A stretch of DNA of 64,000 nucleotides from Candidatus Methylomirabilota bacterium. Its GTDB lineage: Bacteria > Methylomirabilota > Methylomirabilia > Rokubacteriales > CSP1-6. Both the position numbers and the translations under genes were made by a program. The notes below the pieces were generated by a model that was not told the DNA's origin, searched no databases, and saw only the letters and a program-made list of their open reading frames with translations. Shown here in pieces: positions 1 to 9,629 of the stretch. Within the stretch, counting starts at the first letter, position 1, and each line of letters starts with the position of its first letter. Location: assembly GCA_035650715.1 (NCBI GenBank), contig DASRHC010000004.1:85160-149159 (forward strand), given 5' to 3'.

Positions 1-3000
1 AGCGTGCCCTCCACCAGCAGGAACGACTCGTTCACCAGCGAGAGCCGGTGCTGGTGGAAGAGCGCGGGCCGGACGATCACGTTGATCAGCCCGGTCTCGT
101 CCTCCAGGTTGAGGAAGACGAACCCCTTGGCGGTGCCCGGCCGCTGGCGCACCACCACCGCGCCCGCCACCTTCACCCACGCCCCGTGACGGAAGGCGGC
201 GAGATCCGCCGCCCGCGACACGCCCATGCGCAGGAGCCGGCCCCGCCGGAACGCCATCGGGTGCGGCCCGAGGGTGAGGCCGGTGCCGTCGTAGTCGGCG
301 AGCAGCCGCTCCTCCGCGCTCATGGGCCGGAGCGGTGAGGCCTCGCGGGGGGCGGGCAGATCCTCGTAGAGATCGCCCGCGGGCCGCCCCGCCCGCTCCG
401 CCGCCCAGAGGGCCGCCCGGCGCTCCGGCTCCAGGCTGCCCAGCGCCCCCACCCGCGCCAGCTGCGCCACCTCGTCGCGCCGGAGCCGGCCGCGCCGGAC
501 CACGTCCTCGACCGAGTCGAACGGCCGCCGCGCGCGCTCGGCCTCGAGCCGTCGGCCCGCGTCCTCGCGCAAGCCGCGCACGTAGCGCAGCCCCAGGCGC
601 ACCGCCCCCCCGGTCGATCCCGGTGAACCGCCCGCGTCTTCGCCCACATCTTCGATGGTGCACAGCCAGCCCGAGAAGTTGACGTCGGGGGGACGGATGA
701 CCTGCCCGTGTCGGCCCGCGTCGTTGACGATGGTGGCGGGATCGTAGAAGCCCATCGGCTGGTTGTTCAGCAGCGCGGCGTAGAAGGCGGCCGGGTGGTG
801 CGTCTTGAGATAGGCGCTCCCGTAGGCCAGCAGGGCGAAGCTGGCCGCGTGCGACTCCGGGAAGCCGTAGAGCGCGAACGCGGTGATGGAGGCGATGACG
901 GCCTCGGCGGCGGCGCCTGCGATGCCCTTCCGGGCCATGCCCGCGCGAAGCTTCACCTCCACCTCCTTCATGGCGCGCTCCGAACGCTTGAACCCGAAGG
1001 CGCGGCGCAGCTCCTCGGCCTCGCCGCCGGTGAAGCCGGCGGCGGCCATCGCCATGCGCAGCAGCTGCTCCTGGAAGAGCGGGACGCCGAGCGTGCGGCG
1101 CAGGATGGGCTCGAGGTCCGGATGCGGCACCGTGATGGCCTCGCGGCCCGCGCGGCGGCGCAGATAGGGATGCACCATGTCGCCCACGATGGGGCCGGGC
1201 CGGATGATCGCCACCTGCACCACCAGGTCGTAGAAGCGCTCCGGGCGCAGGCGCGGCAGCGTCGCCATCTGGGCGCGGCTCTCGACCTGGAACACCCCGA
1301 TGGTGTCGGCCTCCTGCAGCATGCGGTAGACCGCGGGGTCCTGGGGCAGATGGGCCAGGTCCACCGCCCCGCCCCGGCGGCGGATCATCTCGAGCGCGTC
1401 CTGCAGCAGCGACATCATGCCGAGCCCGAGCAGGTCGACCTTCACGATGCCGAGCGCGGCGCAGTCGTCCTTGTCCCACTGCACCACGCTGCGCCCGGGC
1501 ATGGTGGCGGGCTCGAGCGGCACCACCCCGTCGAGGCGCCCCTGGGCGATCACCATGCCGCCCGAGTGCTGGCCGAGATGCCGCGGCAGGTCCTGGATCG
1601 CGGTCCACAGGCGCGCGAAGTCCTGCATGCGGGGCTCGGCCGGATCGCATCCCGCCTCCCCGAGGTGCGCGAGCAGGCTGTCGCCGGGGTCGGTGTACTC
1701 CCACGTGCTCACCAGCTGCGAGAGCCGCTCGATCACGTCCGGGGGCAGGCCGAGGACCTTGCCGACCTCGCGGGCGGCGCTGCGCCCGCGATAGGTGATG
1801 ACGTTGGCGGTCATGGCCGCGCCCAGGCGGCCGTAGCGCTCATAGACGTACTGGATCACCTGCTCGCGGCGGTCGCCGCTCGGCAGGTCGAGATCGATGT
1901 CGGGCCACTCCCCGCGCTCCTCGGAGAGGAAGCGCTCGAAGAGCAGCTCCATCCCCACCGGGTCCACCGCGGTGAGGCCGAGCGCGTAGCAGACCGCGCT
2001 GTTGGCCGCGGAGCCGCGTCCCTGCACCAGCACCCCGTGCGCGCCGCAGTACTGCACGATGTCCCACACGATGAGGAAGTAGCCCGCGAGATCCAGGCGA
2101 CCGATCACGTTCAGCTCGTGCTCGATCTGCCGGCGCGCCCTCTCCGCGAGGGGCCCCGAGCCGTACCGCCTCCGCGCCCCCGCCTCGGCGAGCGTTCGCA
2201 GGAAGCCGATGGGCGTCTCCCCGCGCGGCAGCGGATAGTCCGGAAAGCGATAGCCCAGGTCCTTGAGGGTGAAGCCGAGGCGCATCGCGAGCTCGCCGGT
2301 GTTGGCCACCGCTTCCGGGCAATCCGCGAAGAGCCGCTCCATGGCCGGCCCGCTCTGCATGAAGTGCTCGCTGTTGCGCGCGAGCCGCCGGCCCGCCTGC
2401 TCGAGCGTCACGTGCTCGCGGATGCACGTGAGCACGTCCAGCAGCGGCCGGTCGCGCCGCGCGACGAGGCGCGGCTCGTTGGTGGCCAGCGGGGCGAGGC
2501 GAAGCCGGGCCGCCTCCCCCCGCAGCCAGTCGTTGCGCGCCTCCTCCGGGCGGCTCAGGTGCCGCTGCAGCTCCGCGAAGACGTTGGAGCGGCCGTAGAT
2601 CGAGACCAGCCGCTCGAGGAGCCGCCGGCCCCCGGGCGCGCCCTCGCGCGCGAGCGCGGCGGCGACCGGTCCGCGGCCGCCCCCGGTGAGGCACACGAGC
2701 CCGCCCGCGAACTCCGCGAGCTCGTCCAGCGTGGCCGCGCCCGCGCCCTTGGCCGCGCGCATCTTGATGCGGGTGAGCAGCCGGCAGAGGTTCTGGTAGC
2801 CCTCGCGATCCTCGACCAGCAGCGGCAGCCGGCTGCCGTCGGTGAGCGTGACCTCCGCGCCCACCCGCGCGGAGATGCCGAGCCGGGTGCACGCGCGATA
2901 GAGCCGCGGGGCGCCGTAGACGCCGTCGGCGTCCAGCAGCGCGATGGCGGGCTGCCCGAGCGCGGCGGCCCGCTCGGCCAGCGCCTCCGGCAGGACCGCC

Positions 3001-3047
3001 GCCTCCAGGAAGCTGAAGGCGCTCCGGGCGTGCAGCTCGACGAACAC
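1..3047 (-). CDS. dnaE2: Error-prone DNA polymerase III alpha subunit DnaE2 (ImuC), partial. The C-terminal part lies beyond the window start.
   Basis: The minus strand in the imuB frame reads AVFVELHARSAFSFLEAAVLPEALAERAAALGQPAIALLDADGVYGAPRLY, the DnaE2 PHP-domain N-terminus. Mid-gene translation gives the DnaE-like VIAQGRLDGVVPLEPATM. No in-window stop, so it is absent from the ORF track. The start is probably GTG near 3047, just after the imuB stop. The plus-strand ORF 708..3092 is its antisense artefact. Confidence 0.8.
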   Translation of the reverse strand, partial: MFVELHARSAFSFLEAAVLPEALAERAAALGQPAIALLDADGVYGAPRLYRACTRLGISARVGAEVTLTDGSRLPLLVEDREGYQNLCRLLTRIKMRAAKGAGAATLDELAEFAGGLVCLTGGGRGPVAAALAREGAPGGRRLLERLVSIYGRSNVFAELQRHLSRPEEARNDWLRGEAARLRLAPLATNEPRLVARRDRPLLDVLTCIREHVTLEQAGRRLARNSEHFMQSGPAMERLFADCPEAVANTGELAMRLGFTLKDLGYRFPDYPLPRGETPIGFLRTLAEAGARRRYGSGPLAERARRQIEHELNVIGRLDLAGYFLIVWDIVQYCGAHGVLVQGRGSAANSAVCYALGLTAVDPVGMELLFERFLSEERGEWPDIDLDLPSGDRREQVIQYVYERYGRLGAAMTANVITYRGRSAAREVGKVLGLPPDVIERLSQLVSTWEYTDPGDSLLAHLGEAGCDPAEPRMQDFARLWTAIQDLPRHLGQHSGGMVIAQGRLDGVVPLEPATMPGRSVVQWDKDDCAALGIVKVDLLGLGMMSLLQDALEMIRRRGGAVDLAHLPQDPAVYRMLQEADTIGVFQVESRAQMATLPRLRPERFYDLVVQVAIIRPGPIVGDMVHPYLRRRAGREAITVPHPDLEPILRRTLGVPLFQEQLLRMAMAAAGFTGGEAEELRRAFGFKRSERAMKEVEVKLRAGMARKGIAGAAAEAVIASITAFALYGFPESHAASFALLAYGSAYLKTHHPAAFYAALLNNQPMGFYDPATIVNDAGRHGQVIRPPDVNFSGWLCTIEDVGEDAGGSPGSTGGAVRLGLRYVRGLREDAGRRLEAERARRPFDSVEDVVRRGRLRRDEVAQLARVGALGSLEPERRAALWAAERAGRPAGDLYEDLPAPREASPLRPMSAEERLLADYDGTGLTLGPHPMAFRRGRLLRMGVSRAADLAAFRHGAWVKVAGAVVVRQRPGTAKGFVFLNLEDETGLINVIVRPALFHQHRLSLVNESFLLVEGT

Positions 3048-3119
3048 GGCGTCACCGCCCGGGCGGTGCCGACAGCCGGGACGACGGCGTGAAGCCGCGG
3101 AACGCGACGTGGGTGGACA

Positions 3120-4433
3120 TCAGTCATAGACGCCGGCCAGGAGCCAGGCGGAGCCGTCGTGGGCCAGGCGGCAGAGCGTGCCGTCGGCCAGCTCCACGTC
3201 CCACTCGTCCTGCAGCCACGGATGAGGGGTCCACCACTCGCCCGACACCCGCCACGGGCCGACCCCGGCCACGATGCGCCCCCCGAGGCGACTCGATCGC
3301 AGCGCGACCGGCCGCCCCGATGCGACGGTGACCGCGGCGGGCGCGGGCGGGCGGAAGCGGCGGAGGGCGAGGACCGGGCCCCTCACCCTGCCCTCTCCTC
3401 GGTGGGGAGAGGTCGAGCCCCGGCGGGGAGGAGCAGATGTCCCTCGGCGGAGAGAGAGCGGGGCATAGGCGCCCAGGCCCACCGCGTCGGGGCGATGGCT
3501 GTCGAGCAGCGTCGGGGCGCCGACGCGGTCCGGGCCCACCAGCGCCACCAGGCGGTTCATGGTGGCCTCGAGGAAGCGCGGGCTCGGACGCGAAGGATCC
3601 GTGAACGACTCCTGCGCGGCGGCCGCACGGGTGGGGCGCACGCGCAGGACGATCGCGCGCACGATGCCGCGCGGCGGCCGGCCCTCGAGGGCCAGGCGCA
3701 GCAAGGCGGTCACCGCGCCGGACTCGGTCAGCGGCACCGCGGGCGTGAGCGCGCCCTCGTGCGCGCGTCCGTCGGCGAGCCGGCACGTCCACTCGAAGCC
3801 GTCGGCGGCCAGGCCGCGCGCGGCCAGTCTGGCGCAGAGGCGCTCGGCCATCGCCCCGAGCCGCTCCATCAGCGGCCCGAGCGCCTCGAGGCCCCACTCG
3901 CACTCGACCGACTCCTCGAAGACCGGCCCCGGCCGCCAGGCGCTGAGAGGCCGTGGGTCGTCGCCGCGGGCCAGCCGCTGGGCCCGGACGCCCTCGGCGC
4001 CGGCCCGCTCGAAGAGCCCCGTGGTCGGCAGCGCCGCCAGCTCGCCCATGGTCCGCAGGCCCCACCGCTCCAAGCGGGTGGCGAGCTCCTCCGATATCGG
4101 CAGCAGCGAGAGCGGTGCCGGGGCCAGCGCGGCCGCGTCGCCATCGGGCTCGACGATGGCGACCCCGGCACCGAGACGGGCCGCCACCAGCGCGGCGAGA
4201 CGGCTGCCGGCAACGCCCACCCGGATCGAGAAGCCCTCCGCGAGGGCGGCGGCGCGGAGCCGCTCGGCGAGGGTGGGCTCGTCGCCGAAGAGGCCCTCGA
4301 GTCCCGCCGCATCGAGATAGACGCAAGTGCTCGCTTCTTCGACACGAGGAGAATGTGCGAGCGCGACCTGGAGCAGGGCCCCCGGCGGGGGGAGCGACGG
4401 AGCCTCGGGGAGCAGGCAGCCGATGCGGCTCAC
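3120..4433 (-). CDS. imuB: ImuB, the Y-family-polymerase-like protein of the imuA-imuB-dnaE2 mutagenesis cassette
   Basis: 437 aa. N-terminus MSRIGCLLPEAP resembles Y-family MRRIACLWLPDFPL. Y-family-like VYLDAAGLEGLFGDEPTLAERLRAAALAEGFSIRVGVAGSRLAALVAARLG. C-terminal ImuB-like SGEWW motif. Sits immediately upstream of dnaE2 in the same frame. Confidence 0.7.
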   Translation of the reverse strand: MSRIGCLLPEAPSLPPPGALLQVALAHSPRVEEASTCVYLDAAGLEGLFGDEPTLAERLRAAALAEGFSIRVGVAGSRLAALVAARLGAGVAIVEPDGDAAALAPAPLSLLPISEELATRLERWGLRTMGELAALPTTGLFERAGAEGVRAQRLARGDDPRPLSAWRPGPVFEESVECEWGLEALGPLMERLGAMAERLCARLAARGLAADGFEWTCRLADGRAHEGALTPAVPLTESGAVTALLRLALEGRPPRGIVRAIVLRVRPTRAAAAQESFTDPSRPSPRFLEATMNRLVALVGPDRVGAPTLLDSHRPDAVGLGAYAPLSLRRGTSAPPRRGSTSPHRGEGRVRGPVLALRRFRPPAPAAVTVASGRPVALRSSRLGGRIVAGVGPWRVSGEWWTPHPWLQDEWDVELADGTLCRLAHDGSAWLLAGVYD

Positions 4434-5110
4434 GCGCCCCTCCGGTCACCGGCGCACCCGGCGCCGGAAGGCACGTCCTGAAGACTCCACTCGACCGCCC
4501 AGTGCCCCTCCCCCTGCCCTCTCCCCGGAGAGGAGAGGGTGGAGATGCGGACGCGGGTGATGGCGATCTCCGAGCGAAGACCGGCCAGCCGGGTGAGCGG
4601 TCGCAGGCCCATCCACTGCGGGCCGAGCCGTCGCGTGGTCAGCACCAGGGAGGCGGGGCTCCCCTCGCGGTGCCGGGCCACGCGGAGGATCAGGATCGTG
4701 TCGGTGTCCTCCACCGCCCGCTGCAGGCGGATGCACGTGGAGGCGGGCACCGGCCCCAGATCATCGAGGTCCAGCACGACCAGGGCAAAGCCCGGGCAGC
4801 GGGCCAGCAGGTCGGCGGCGCCGAGGGCCACCCGGAGGCGGCCGCCGCAGCGCACCCAGAGCAGCGCCGAGAGATCGGCGCCGGCCGCCGCAGCGGAATC
4901 GGGATCGAGCGAGTCGGTGGCGTCCACGAAGGCCACCTGTCCACCGGCCGTCGTGATGCGGGCGATGAGGGCCAGGAGCAGGCTGCTGGCTCCGGAGGAG
5001 CGGGAACCGACGACCTCGCTGAGCCGGCCCGGCGGAAACAGCCCGAGCAGGCCGTCGATCCCCTCGCGCTCCCACCCTGGCGGGGGTGAGGACTCGATCG
5101 GGATGCCCAT
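4430..5110 (-). CDS. imuA: ImuA, a RecA-fold SulA/ImuA-family protein
   Basis: 226 aa with a RecA-like core GRLSEVVGSRSSGASSLLLALIARITTAGGQVAFVDATDSLDP. Its stop abuts the imuB start. The 3' end contains a REP-like GC-rich palindrome sequence. Confidence 0.6.
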   Translation of the reverse strand: MGIPIESSPPPGWEREGIDGLLGLFPPGRLSEVVGSRSSGASSLLLALIARITTAGGQVAFVDATDSLDPDSAAAAGADLSALLWVRCGGRLRVALGAADLLARCPGFALVVLDLDDLGPVPASTCIRLQRAVEDTDTILILRVARHREGSPASLVLTTRRLGPQWMGLRPLTRLAGLRSEIAITRVRISTLSSPGRGQGEGHWAVEWSLQDVPSGAGCAGDRRGA

Positions 5111-5198
5111 CGCCTCGATTACACGTCACCTGTTAAGTATATTTCAACAACAAGATACAGGGGCTCAGGGGGGACACCGGCCCCAGATAGAGGGCCGA
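5111..5198 (-). promoter_or_regulatory. Candidate promoter/operator (possible SOS box) upstream of imuA
   Basis: A ~45-nt AT-rich island in a 70% GC background. Read toward imuA it is TTGAAA-N18-TGTAAT-N7-ATG with GAGG. It carries the imperfect palindrome TGTTAAG-TATAT-TTCAACA. imuA-imuB-dnaE2 cassettes are typically LexA-regulated. Confidence 0.3.
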
Positions 5199-5615
5199 CT
5201 ACCGCTGCACGCGCCGGCCGACCCGCCAGCGCACAAGGGCGACGTAGGCCACCGCGTACACCAGCACGCCGGCCACATTGCTCCAGGCCATCGCCCACAT
5301 CGTCGAGCCGGCCGCGTACCGGGTGAACCCCTCGTACGCGAAGATGCTGAGGAAGATCCCGGACGGCGCCATCAGCAGCGCCGCGACGATGCGCGGCGCC
5401 GAGCCGCGCGTGACCGCCCAGGGGGCCAGCAGCAGGCCGGCCTGCGAGACCAGGCCCATCACCCCGAAGATGGCGAGGCTGATCAGGTCCGTGCGCTCCG
5501 GCTCCGAGGCGCGCCCGAACCCATAGGCCGCGCTGGCGAAGGCCGCCGCCAGCGACAGTCCGGTCAGCCACGTGAGCACGAAGAAGACGACGAAGACGCG
5601 CTGGCGATCAGCCAA
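5199..5615 (-). CDS. Small integral membrane protein, hypothetical
   Basis: 138 aa with about four hydrophobic helices rich in W/Y/F. Composition is clean, unlike the overlapping ORFs. Confidence 0.5.
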   Translation of the reverse strand: MADRQRVFVVFFVLTWLTGLSLAAAFASAAYGFGRASEPERTDLISLAIFGVMGLVSQAGLLLAPWAVTRGSAPRIVAALLMAPSGIFLSIFAYEGFTRYAAGSTMWAMAWSNVAGVLVYAVAYVALVRWRVGRRVQR

Positions 5616-6216
5616 GCCAGGGCATCTCCGCGCGGCGGCGGGCCTCGAAGGCCTCGATGGCCGGCATCTGCTCGAGGGTCAGCGCCAGCTCGTCCCGCCC
5701 GGTGAGCAGCCCGTGCTTGCGGAATCCGTCGACCTCGAAGTGGATGGCGGCCCCGTCCGGCCCGGTGATGGTCTGCGCCTCCAGGTCCACCGTGAGCGCG
5801 GTGCCGGGCCGGGCCGCGAGCGTCTGCCGGAGCGCGGCCGCGGTCGCGGCCGGCACCACGATGGGCAGCGCGCCGTTCTTGAAGCAGTTCTCGAAGAAGA
5901 TGTCGCCGAAGCTCGGGCCGATGAGCACCCGGATGCCGTGATCGAGCAGCGCCCACACCGCCATCTCGCGCGAGGAGCCGCAGCCGAAGTTCTCGGCGGT
6001 CACCAGGATGCGCGCCGGCCGGTAGGCGGGCCGGTTCAGCACGAACTCCGGCCGCTCCGTCCCGCTCGCGTCGAAGCGCACGTCGTGGAAGAGCAGCGGC
6101 CCGAAGCCGCTCTCGCGCGGCCGCCGCAGGAAGCGCGCCGGGATGATGCGGTCGGTATCGATGTTGGGCAGGTCCATCGGGGCCGCCACCGCGGTGAGCC
6201 GGACGAAGGGCTCCAT
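5608..6216 (-). CDS. leuD: 3-isopropylmalate dehydratase small subunit
   Basis: 202 aa closely resembling E. coli LeuD: NIDTDRIIPARFL, ENFGCGSSRE, DVDLEAQ, FEVDGFRKH. Confidence 0.9.
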   Translation of the reverse strand: MEPFVRLTAVAAPMDLPNIDTDRIIPARFLRRPRESGFGPLLFHDVRFDASGTERPEFVLNRPAYRPARILVTAENFGCGSSREMAVWALLDHGIRVLIGPSFGDIFFENCFKNGALPIVVPAATAAALRQTLAARPGTALTVDLEAQTITGPDGAAIHFEVDGFRKHGLLTGRDELALTLEQMPAIEAFEARRRAEMPWLG

Positions 6217-6223
6217 GCCTCCC

Positions 6224-7624
6224 TCAGGCGAGGGTGCGCACGTCGGTGAGCCGGCCGGTCACCGCGGCGGCCGCGGCCATCGCGGGGCTCATCAGGTGGG
6301 TGCGGGCCCCCGGCCCCTGGCGGCCCTCGAAGTTGCGGTTGGACGTGCTGGCCACCCGCTCCCCCGCCGCCGCGGTGTCACCGTTCATGCCGACGCACAT
6401 CGAGCAGCCCGGCTCGCGCCACTCGAAGCCCGCGTCCCGGAACACGCGGTCGAGGCCCTCGGCCTCCGCCGCGCGCTTGACCCCGCCGGAGCCCGGCACC
6501 ACCCAGGCCGGCACCGCGGCCCGCCGGCCACGCGCGACCGCCGCGGCGGCGCGCAGGTCCTCCAGCCGGCTGTTGGTGCAGGAGCCGATGAACACGCGGC
6601 TGACCGGGGTGCCGGCGAGCGGGGCCCCGGGCGTGAGCCCCATGTAGGCGAGCGCGCGCTCCATGCTGGCGCGCCGGGCGGCGTCGCCCACCGCGGCCGG
6701 ATCCGGGACGCGCGCGCTGATCGGCAGCGCGTCCTGCGGGCTCGTGCCCCAGGTCACGGTGGGCGCGATGTCGGCCGCGTCGAGGGTCACCTCCCGGTCG
6801 AAGACCGCGTCCGGATCGGAGGGCAGCGTGCGCCAGTAGGCCAGCGCCTGCGCCCAGCGATCCCCGCGGGGCGCCAGCGGCCGGTTCTGGAGATACGCGA
6901 ACGTGGTCTCGTCCGGCGCCACCATGCCGGCGCGGGCGCCCGCCTCGATCGACATGTTGCACACCGTCATGCGCTCGTCCATCGACATGGCCCGGATGAC
7001 CGGCCCCGCGTACTCGATGGCGTGCCCGACCCCGCCGCCCGCCCCGATGCGCGCGATGATCGCCAGGATCACGTCCTTCGCCGCGATCCCGGGCGCGCGC
7101 GTGCCGCTGACGGTGATGCGCATCACGCGGGGCTTGCGCTGCCAGAGGCACTGGCTGGCCAGCACGTGCTCCACCTCGGTGGAGCCGATGCCGAAGGCCA
7201 GCGCCCCGAACGCGCCGTGGGTCGCGGTGTGGGAGTCGCCGCACACCAGCAGGATGCCGGGCTGGGTGGCCCCCTGCTCCGGGCCGATCACGTGCACGAT
7301 GCCCTGGCGCGGCTCGCCGCGTCCGAAGAACGGGATGCCGAGCCGCCCGGTATGACGGCCCAGGTCGGCGACCATGCGCCGCACCTCGGGATCCGCGATC
7401 TCCGGGGTGCCGGGGGCGGTCGGCACGTAGTGATCCGCGGTGGCCAGGCACGCCTCGGGGCGGCGCACCGCGAGCCCCTTCCGCTCCATGCGGCCGAAGG
7501 CGTGCGTGGAGCCCTCGTGGAGCAGGTGGCGATCGACGTAGAGCAGGCTCCGGCCGCCCGGGCCCTCCGTCACCACGTGACGGCGCCAGATCTTCTCGAA
7601 GAGCGTGAGACCGGAGCCCGCCAT
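6224..7624 (-). CDS. leuC: 3-isopropylmalate dehydratase large subunit (aconitase family)
   Basis: Starts [13 protein letters not shown] inside ORF 6224..8539. Near-identical blocks to E. coli LeuC: [75 protein letters not shown]. Its ATG overlaps the upstream gene stop (ATGA). Confidence 0.9.
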   Translation of the reverse strand: MAGSGLTLFEKIWRRHVVTEGPGGRSLLYVDRHLLHEGSTHAFGRMERKGLAVRRPEACLATADHYVPTAPGTPEIADPEVRRMVADLGRHTGRLGIPFFGRGEPRQGIVHVIGPEQGATQPGILLVCGDSHTATHGAFGALAFGIGSTEVEHVLASQCLWQRKPRVMRITVSGTRAPGIAAKDVILAIIARIGAGGGVGHAIEYAGPVIRAMSMDERMTVCNMSIEAGARAGMVAPDETTFAYLQNRPLAPRGDRWAQALAYWRTLPSDPDAVFDREVTLDAADIAPTVTWGTSPQDALPISARVPDPAAVGDAARRASMERALAYMGLTPGAPLAGTPVSRVFIGSCTNSRLEDLRAAAAVARGRRAAVPAWVVPGSGGVKRAAEAEGLDRVFRDAGFEWREPGCSMCVGMNGDTAAAGERVASTSNRNFEGRQGPGARTHLMSPAMAAAAAVTGRLTDVRTLA

Positions 7625-8487
7625 CAGCGCTGCGCGAACTTCTCCTCGATGCCGTGCCACCAGTCGAAGCCGACCCGGCGGAAGATGTCCATCGGGCTCA
7701 GCACCGGCCCCGGCTGCCAGTCGGTGCCGTGCTCCTTCAGGTACTGCAGCGACCTCTCCATCGCGGGCACCGCGGCCGCCATGCACACCGCCGGGAAGAT
7801 CACCATCTTGAAGCCGAGGCGCTCGAGCTCGGACACCTTCACCGCGGGCGTCTTGCCCCCGATCACCATGTTGGCGAGCAGCGGGGCCTTGATCTCGCGC
7901 GCCACCCGCCGGATCTCCTCCTCGGTCTGCGGCGCCTCGAAGAAGATCACGTCGGCCCCCGCCTCCGCGTAGCGGTTGCCGCGGTCGATCGCGTCCTCGA
8001 GCGAGGTGACCGCGCGGGCGTCGGTGCGGGCGATGATCACGAAGTCGGGATCGGTCCGGTACTCGGAGGCGGCGCGGATCTTGTCGCAGAACTCCTCGGT
8101 GGGGATCACCTGCTTGCCCGCGATGTGCCCGCACTTCTTGGGCGCGACCTGGTCTTCTAGATGTAACGCCGCGACCCCCGACCGCTCGTACTCTCGAACC
8201 GTGCGCACCACGTTCAGCACGTTGCCGTAGCCGGTGTCGGCGTCCGCGATCACCGGCAGCGACACGCACGAGGCCAGGTGCGAGGCGTGGGTCGCCATCT
8301 CGGTGAGGGTGGCCAGGCCCAGGTCCGGCTGCCCCAGGTGCGAGGCGGCGGTGCCGGCCCCGGTCATGTAGACGGCCGGGAAGCCGGCCGCCTCGATGAG
8401 GCGCGCGGAGAAGCCGTCGTAGGCGCCGGGGGCGACGATGATGCCGGGAGCCTGGAGCATCTGGCGGAGTCGGGTCGTGGTGCGCAT
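7624..8487 (-). CDS. Isocitrate lyase / PEP mutase superfamily enzyme (2-methylisocitrate lyase or dimethylmalate lyase-like)
   Basis: Starts [30 protein letters not shown] inside ORF 7624..8694. Has the KKCGH motif and a PrpB/ICL-like fold signature. Confidence 0.8.
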   Translation of the reverse strand: MRTTTRLRQMLQAPGIIVAPGAYDGFSARLIEAAGFPAVYMTGAGTAASHLGQPDLGLATLTEMATHASHLASCVSLPVIADADTGYGNVLNVVRTVREYERSGVAALHLEDQVAPKKCGHIAGKQVIPTEEFCDKIRAASEYRTDPDFVIIARTDARAVTSLEDAIDRGNRYAEAGADVIFFEAPQTEEEIRRVAREIKAPLLANMVIGGKTPAVKVSELERLGFKMVIFPAVCMAAAVPAMERSLQYLKEHGTDWQPGPVLSPMDIFRRVGFDWWHGIEEKFAQR

Positions 8488-8692
8488 GAGCGGGAGCCTT
8501 TCCCGGGCGCGGGGCCCGTCGAGGGAGCTGACGCGCCATCCGAGACGGCGGCGGCGTCGACGATTGTGGGCCCAGGCCGCGGGCGGCGTCAAGGTGTCGT
8601 CACCCGCCGGCGCGGCAACCCCGGTCGGTGCGTCCGGATGGCTTGTTGTACAATCCGCGAGGATCGCACCCCAGATCGGAGCCGAGCCAGCC

Positions 8693-9595
8693 ATGCCATT
8701 CGCCGACGTCGCCGGGATCAGGCTGTTCTACGAGGAGGTCGGCGAGGGCGTCCCGCTGATCTTCGTCCACGAGTTCGCGGGGGACCACCGGAGCTGGCAC
8801 CTGCAGGTGCGATGCTTCTCGCGCCGCTACCGCACCATCGCCTACAACGCCCGCGGCTATCCACCCTCGGACGTGCCGGAGGACCCGGGCGCCTACTCGC
8901 AGGACCGCGCCGCCGACGACATCCTGGGCATCCTCGATCACCTGAAGATCCCGCAGGCCCACGTGTGCGGGCTCTCGATGGGCGGCTACGCGACGCTCCA
9001 CTTCGGCCTGCGCCATCCCGAGCGCGCGCGGTCGCTCACGGTGGCGGGGGCCGGCTACGGCAGCGTGCCCGGCGAGCGCGAGCGCTTCCGCAAGGACGTG
9101 GAGGAGACCGCGCGCCTCTTCGAGACCGAGGGCATGGCCGGGGTGGCCGCCTTCTACACCAAGGGCCCCACCCGGGTCCAGTTCATGGACAAGGACCCCA
9201 AGGGCTGGCAGGAGTTCTACGACCAGTTCGTGGCCCAGTCCGCCCGCGGGCACGCGCTCACCATGCGCGGCGTCCAGATGTCGCGGCCGTCCATCTTCGA
9301 CCTCGGGCCGGCGATGGAGCGCCTGGAGGTGCCCACGCTGATCATGACCGGCGACGAGGACGAGCCCTGCCTCGAGCCCGCGCTCTACATGAAGCGCAAG
9401 ATCCGCTCCTCGGGGCTGGTGGTGATCCCCAAGGCCGGCCACACCATCAACCTGGAGGACCCGGACCTCTTCAATCGTGCGCTGCTCGACTTCCTCACCG
9501 CGGTGGACGCGGGACGCTGGCCGCTGCGCAACCCGGCCTCGCTGAGCGGCTCCGCGATCATGCCCGCCTCCATGAAGCCGGGAGCCGCACGATGA
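8693..9595 (+). CDS. Alpha/beta hydrolase fold protein
   Basis: Starts MPFADVAGIRLFYEEVGEG inside ORF 8438..9595. Has a GLSMGG nucleophile elbow. Divergent from the leuCD operon. Confidence 0.8.
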   Translation: MPFADVAGIRLFYEEVGEGVPLIFVHEFAGDHRSWHLQVRCFSRRYRTIAYNARGYPPSDVPEDPGAYSQDRAADDILGILDHLKIPQAHVCGLSMGGYATLHFGLRHPERARSLTVAGAGYGSVPGERERFRKDVEETARLFETEGMAGVAAFYTKGPTRVQFMDKDPKGWQEFYDQFVAQSARGHALTMRGVQMSRPSIFDLGPAMERLEVPTLIMTGDEDEPCLEPALYMKRKIRSSGLVVIPKAGHTINLEDPDLFNRALLDFLTAVDAGRWPLRNPASLSGSAIMPASMKPGAAR

Positions 9596-9629
9596 CGCGC
9601 CCGCCGGCGGCCGCCCCCGGAGGGTCCCG

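Noticed and set aside
708-3092. 794-aa plus-strand ORF, the longest in the first 3 kb
   Set aside because: Arg/Gly/Ala/His-rich nonsense composition. It is the antisense of dnaE2, whose real frame on the minus strand has no in-window stop and is therefore missing from the ORF track.
3124-4449. 441-aa minus-strand ORF overlapping imuB in another frame
   Set aside because: Pro/Arg/Gly-rich. It shares no motif with Y-family polymerases, whereas the 3120..4433 frame does.
6143-7972. 609-aa plus-strand ORF opposite leuC
   Set aside because: Antisense artefact typical of high-GC DNA. leuC on the minus strand has unambiguous homology.
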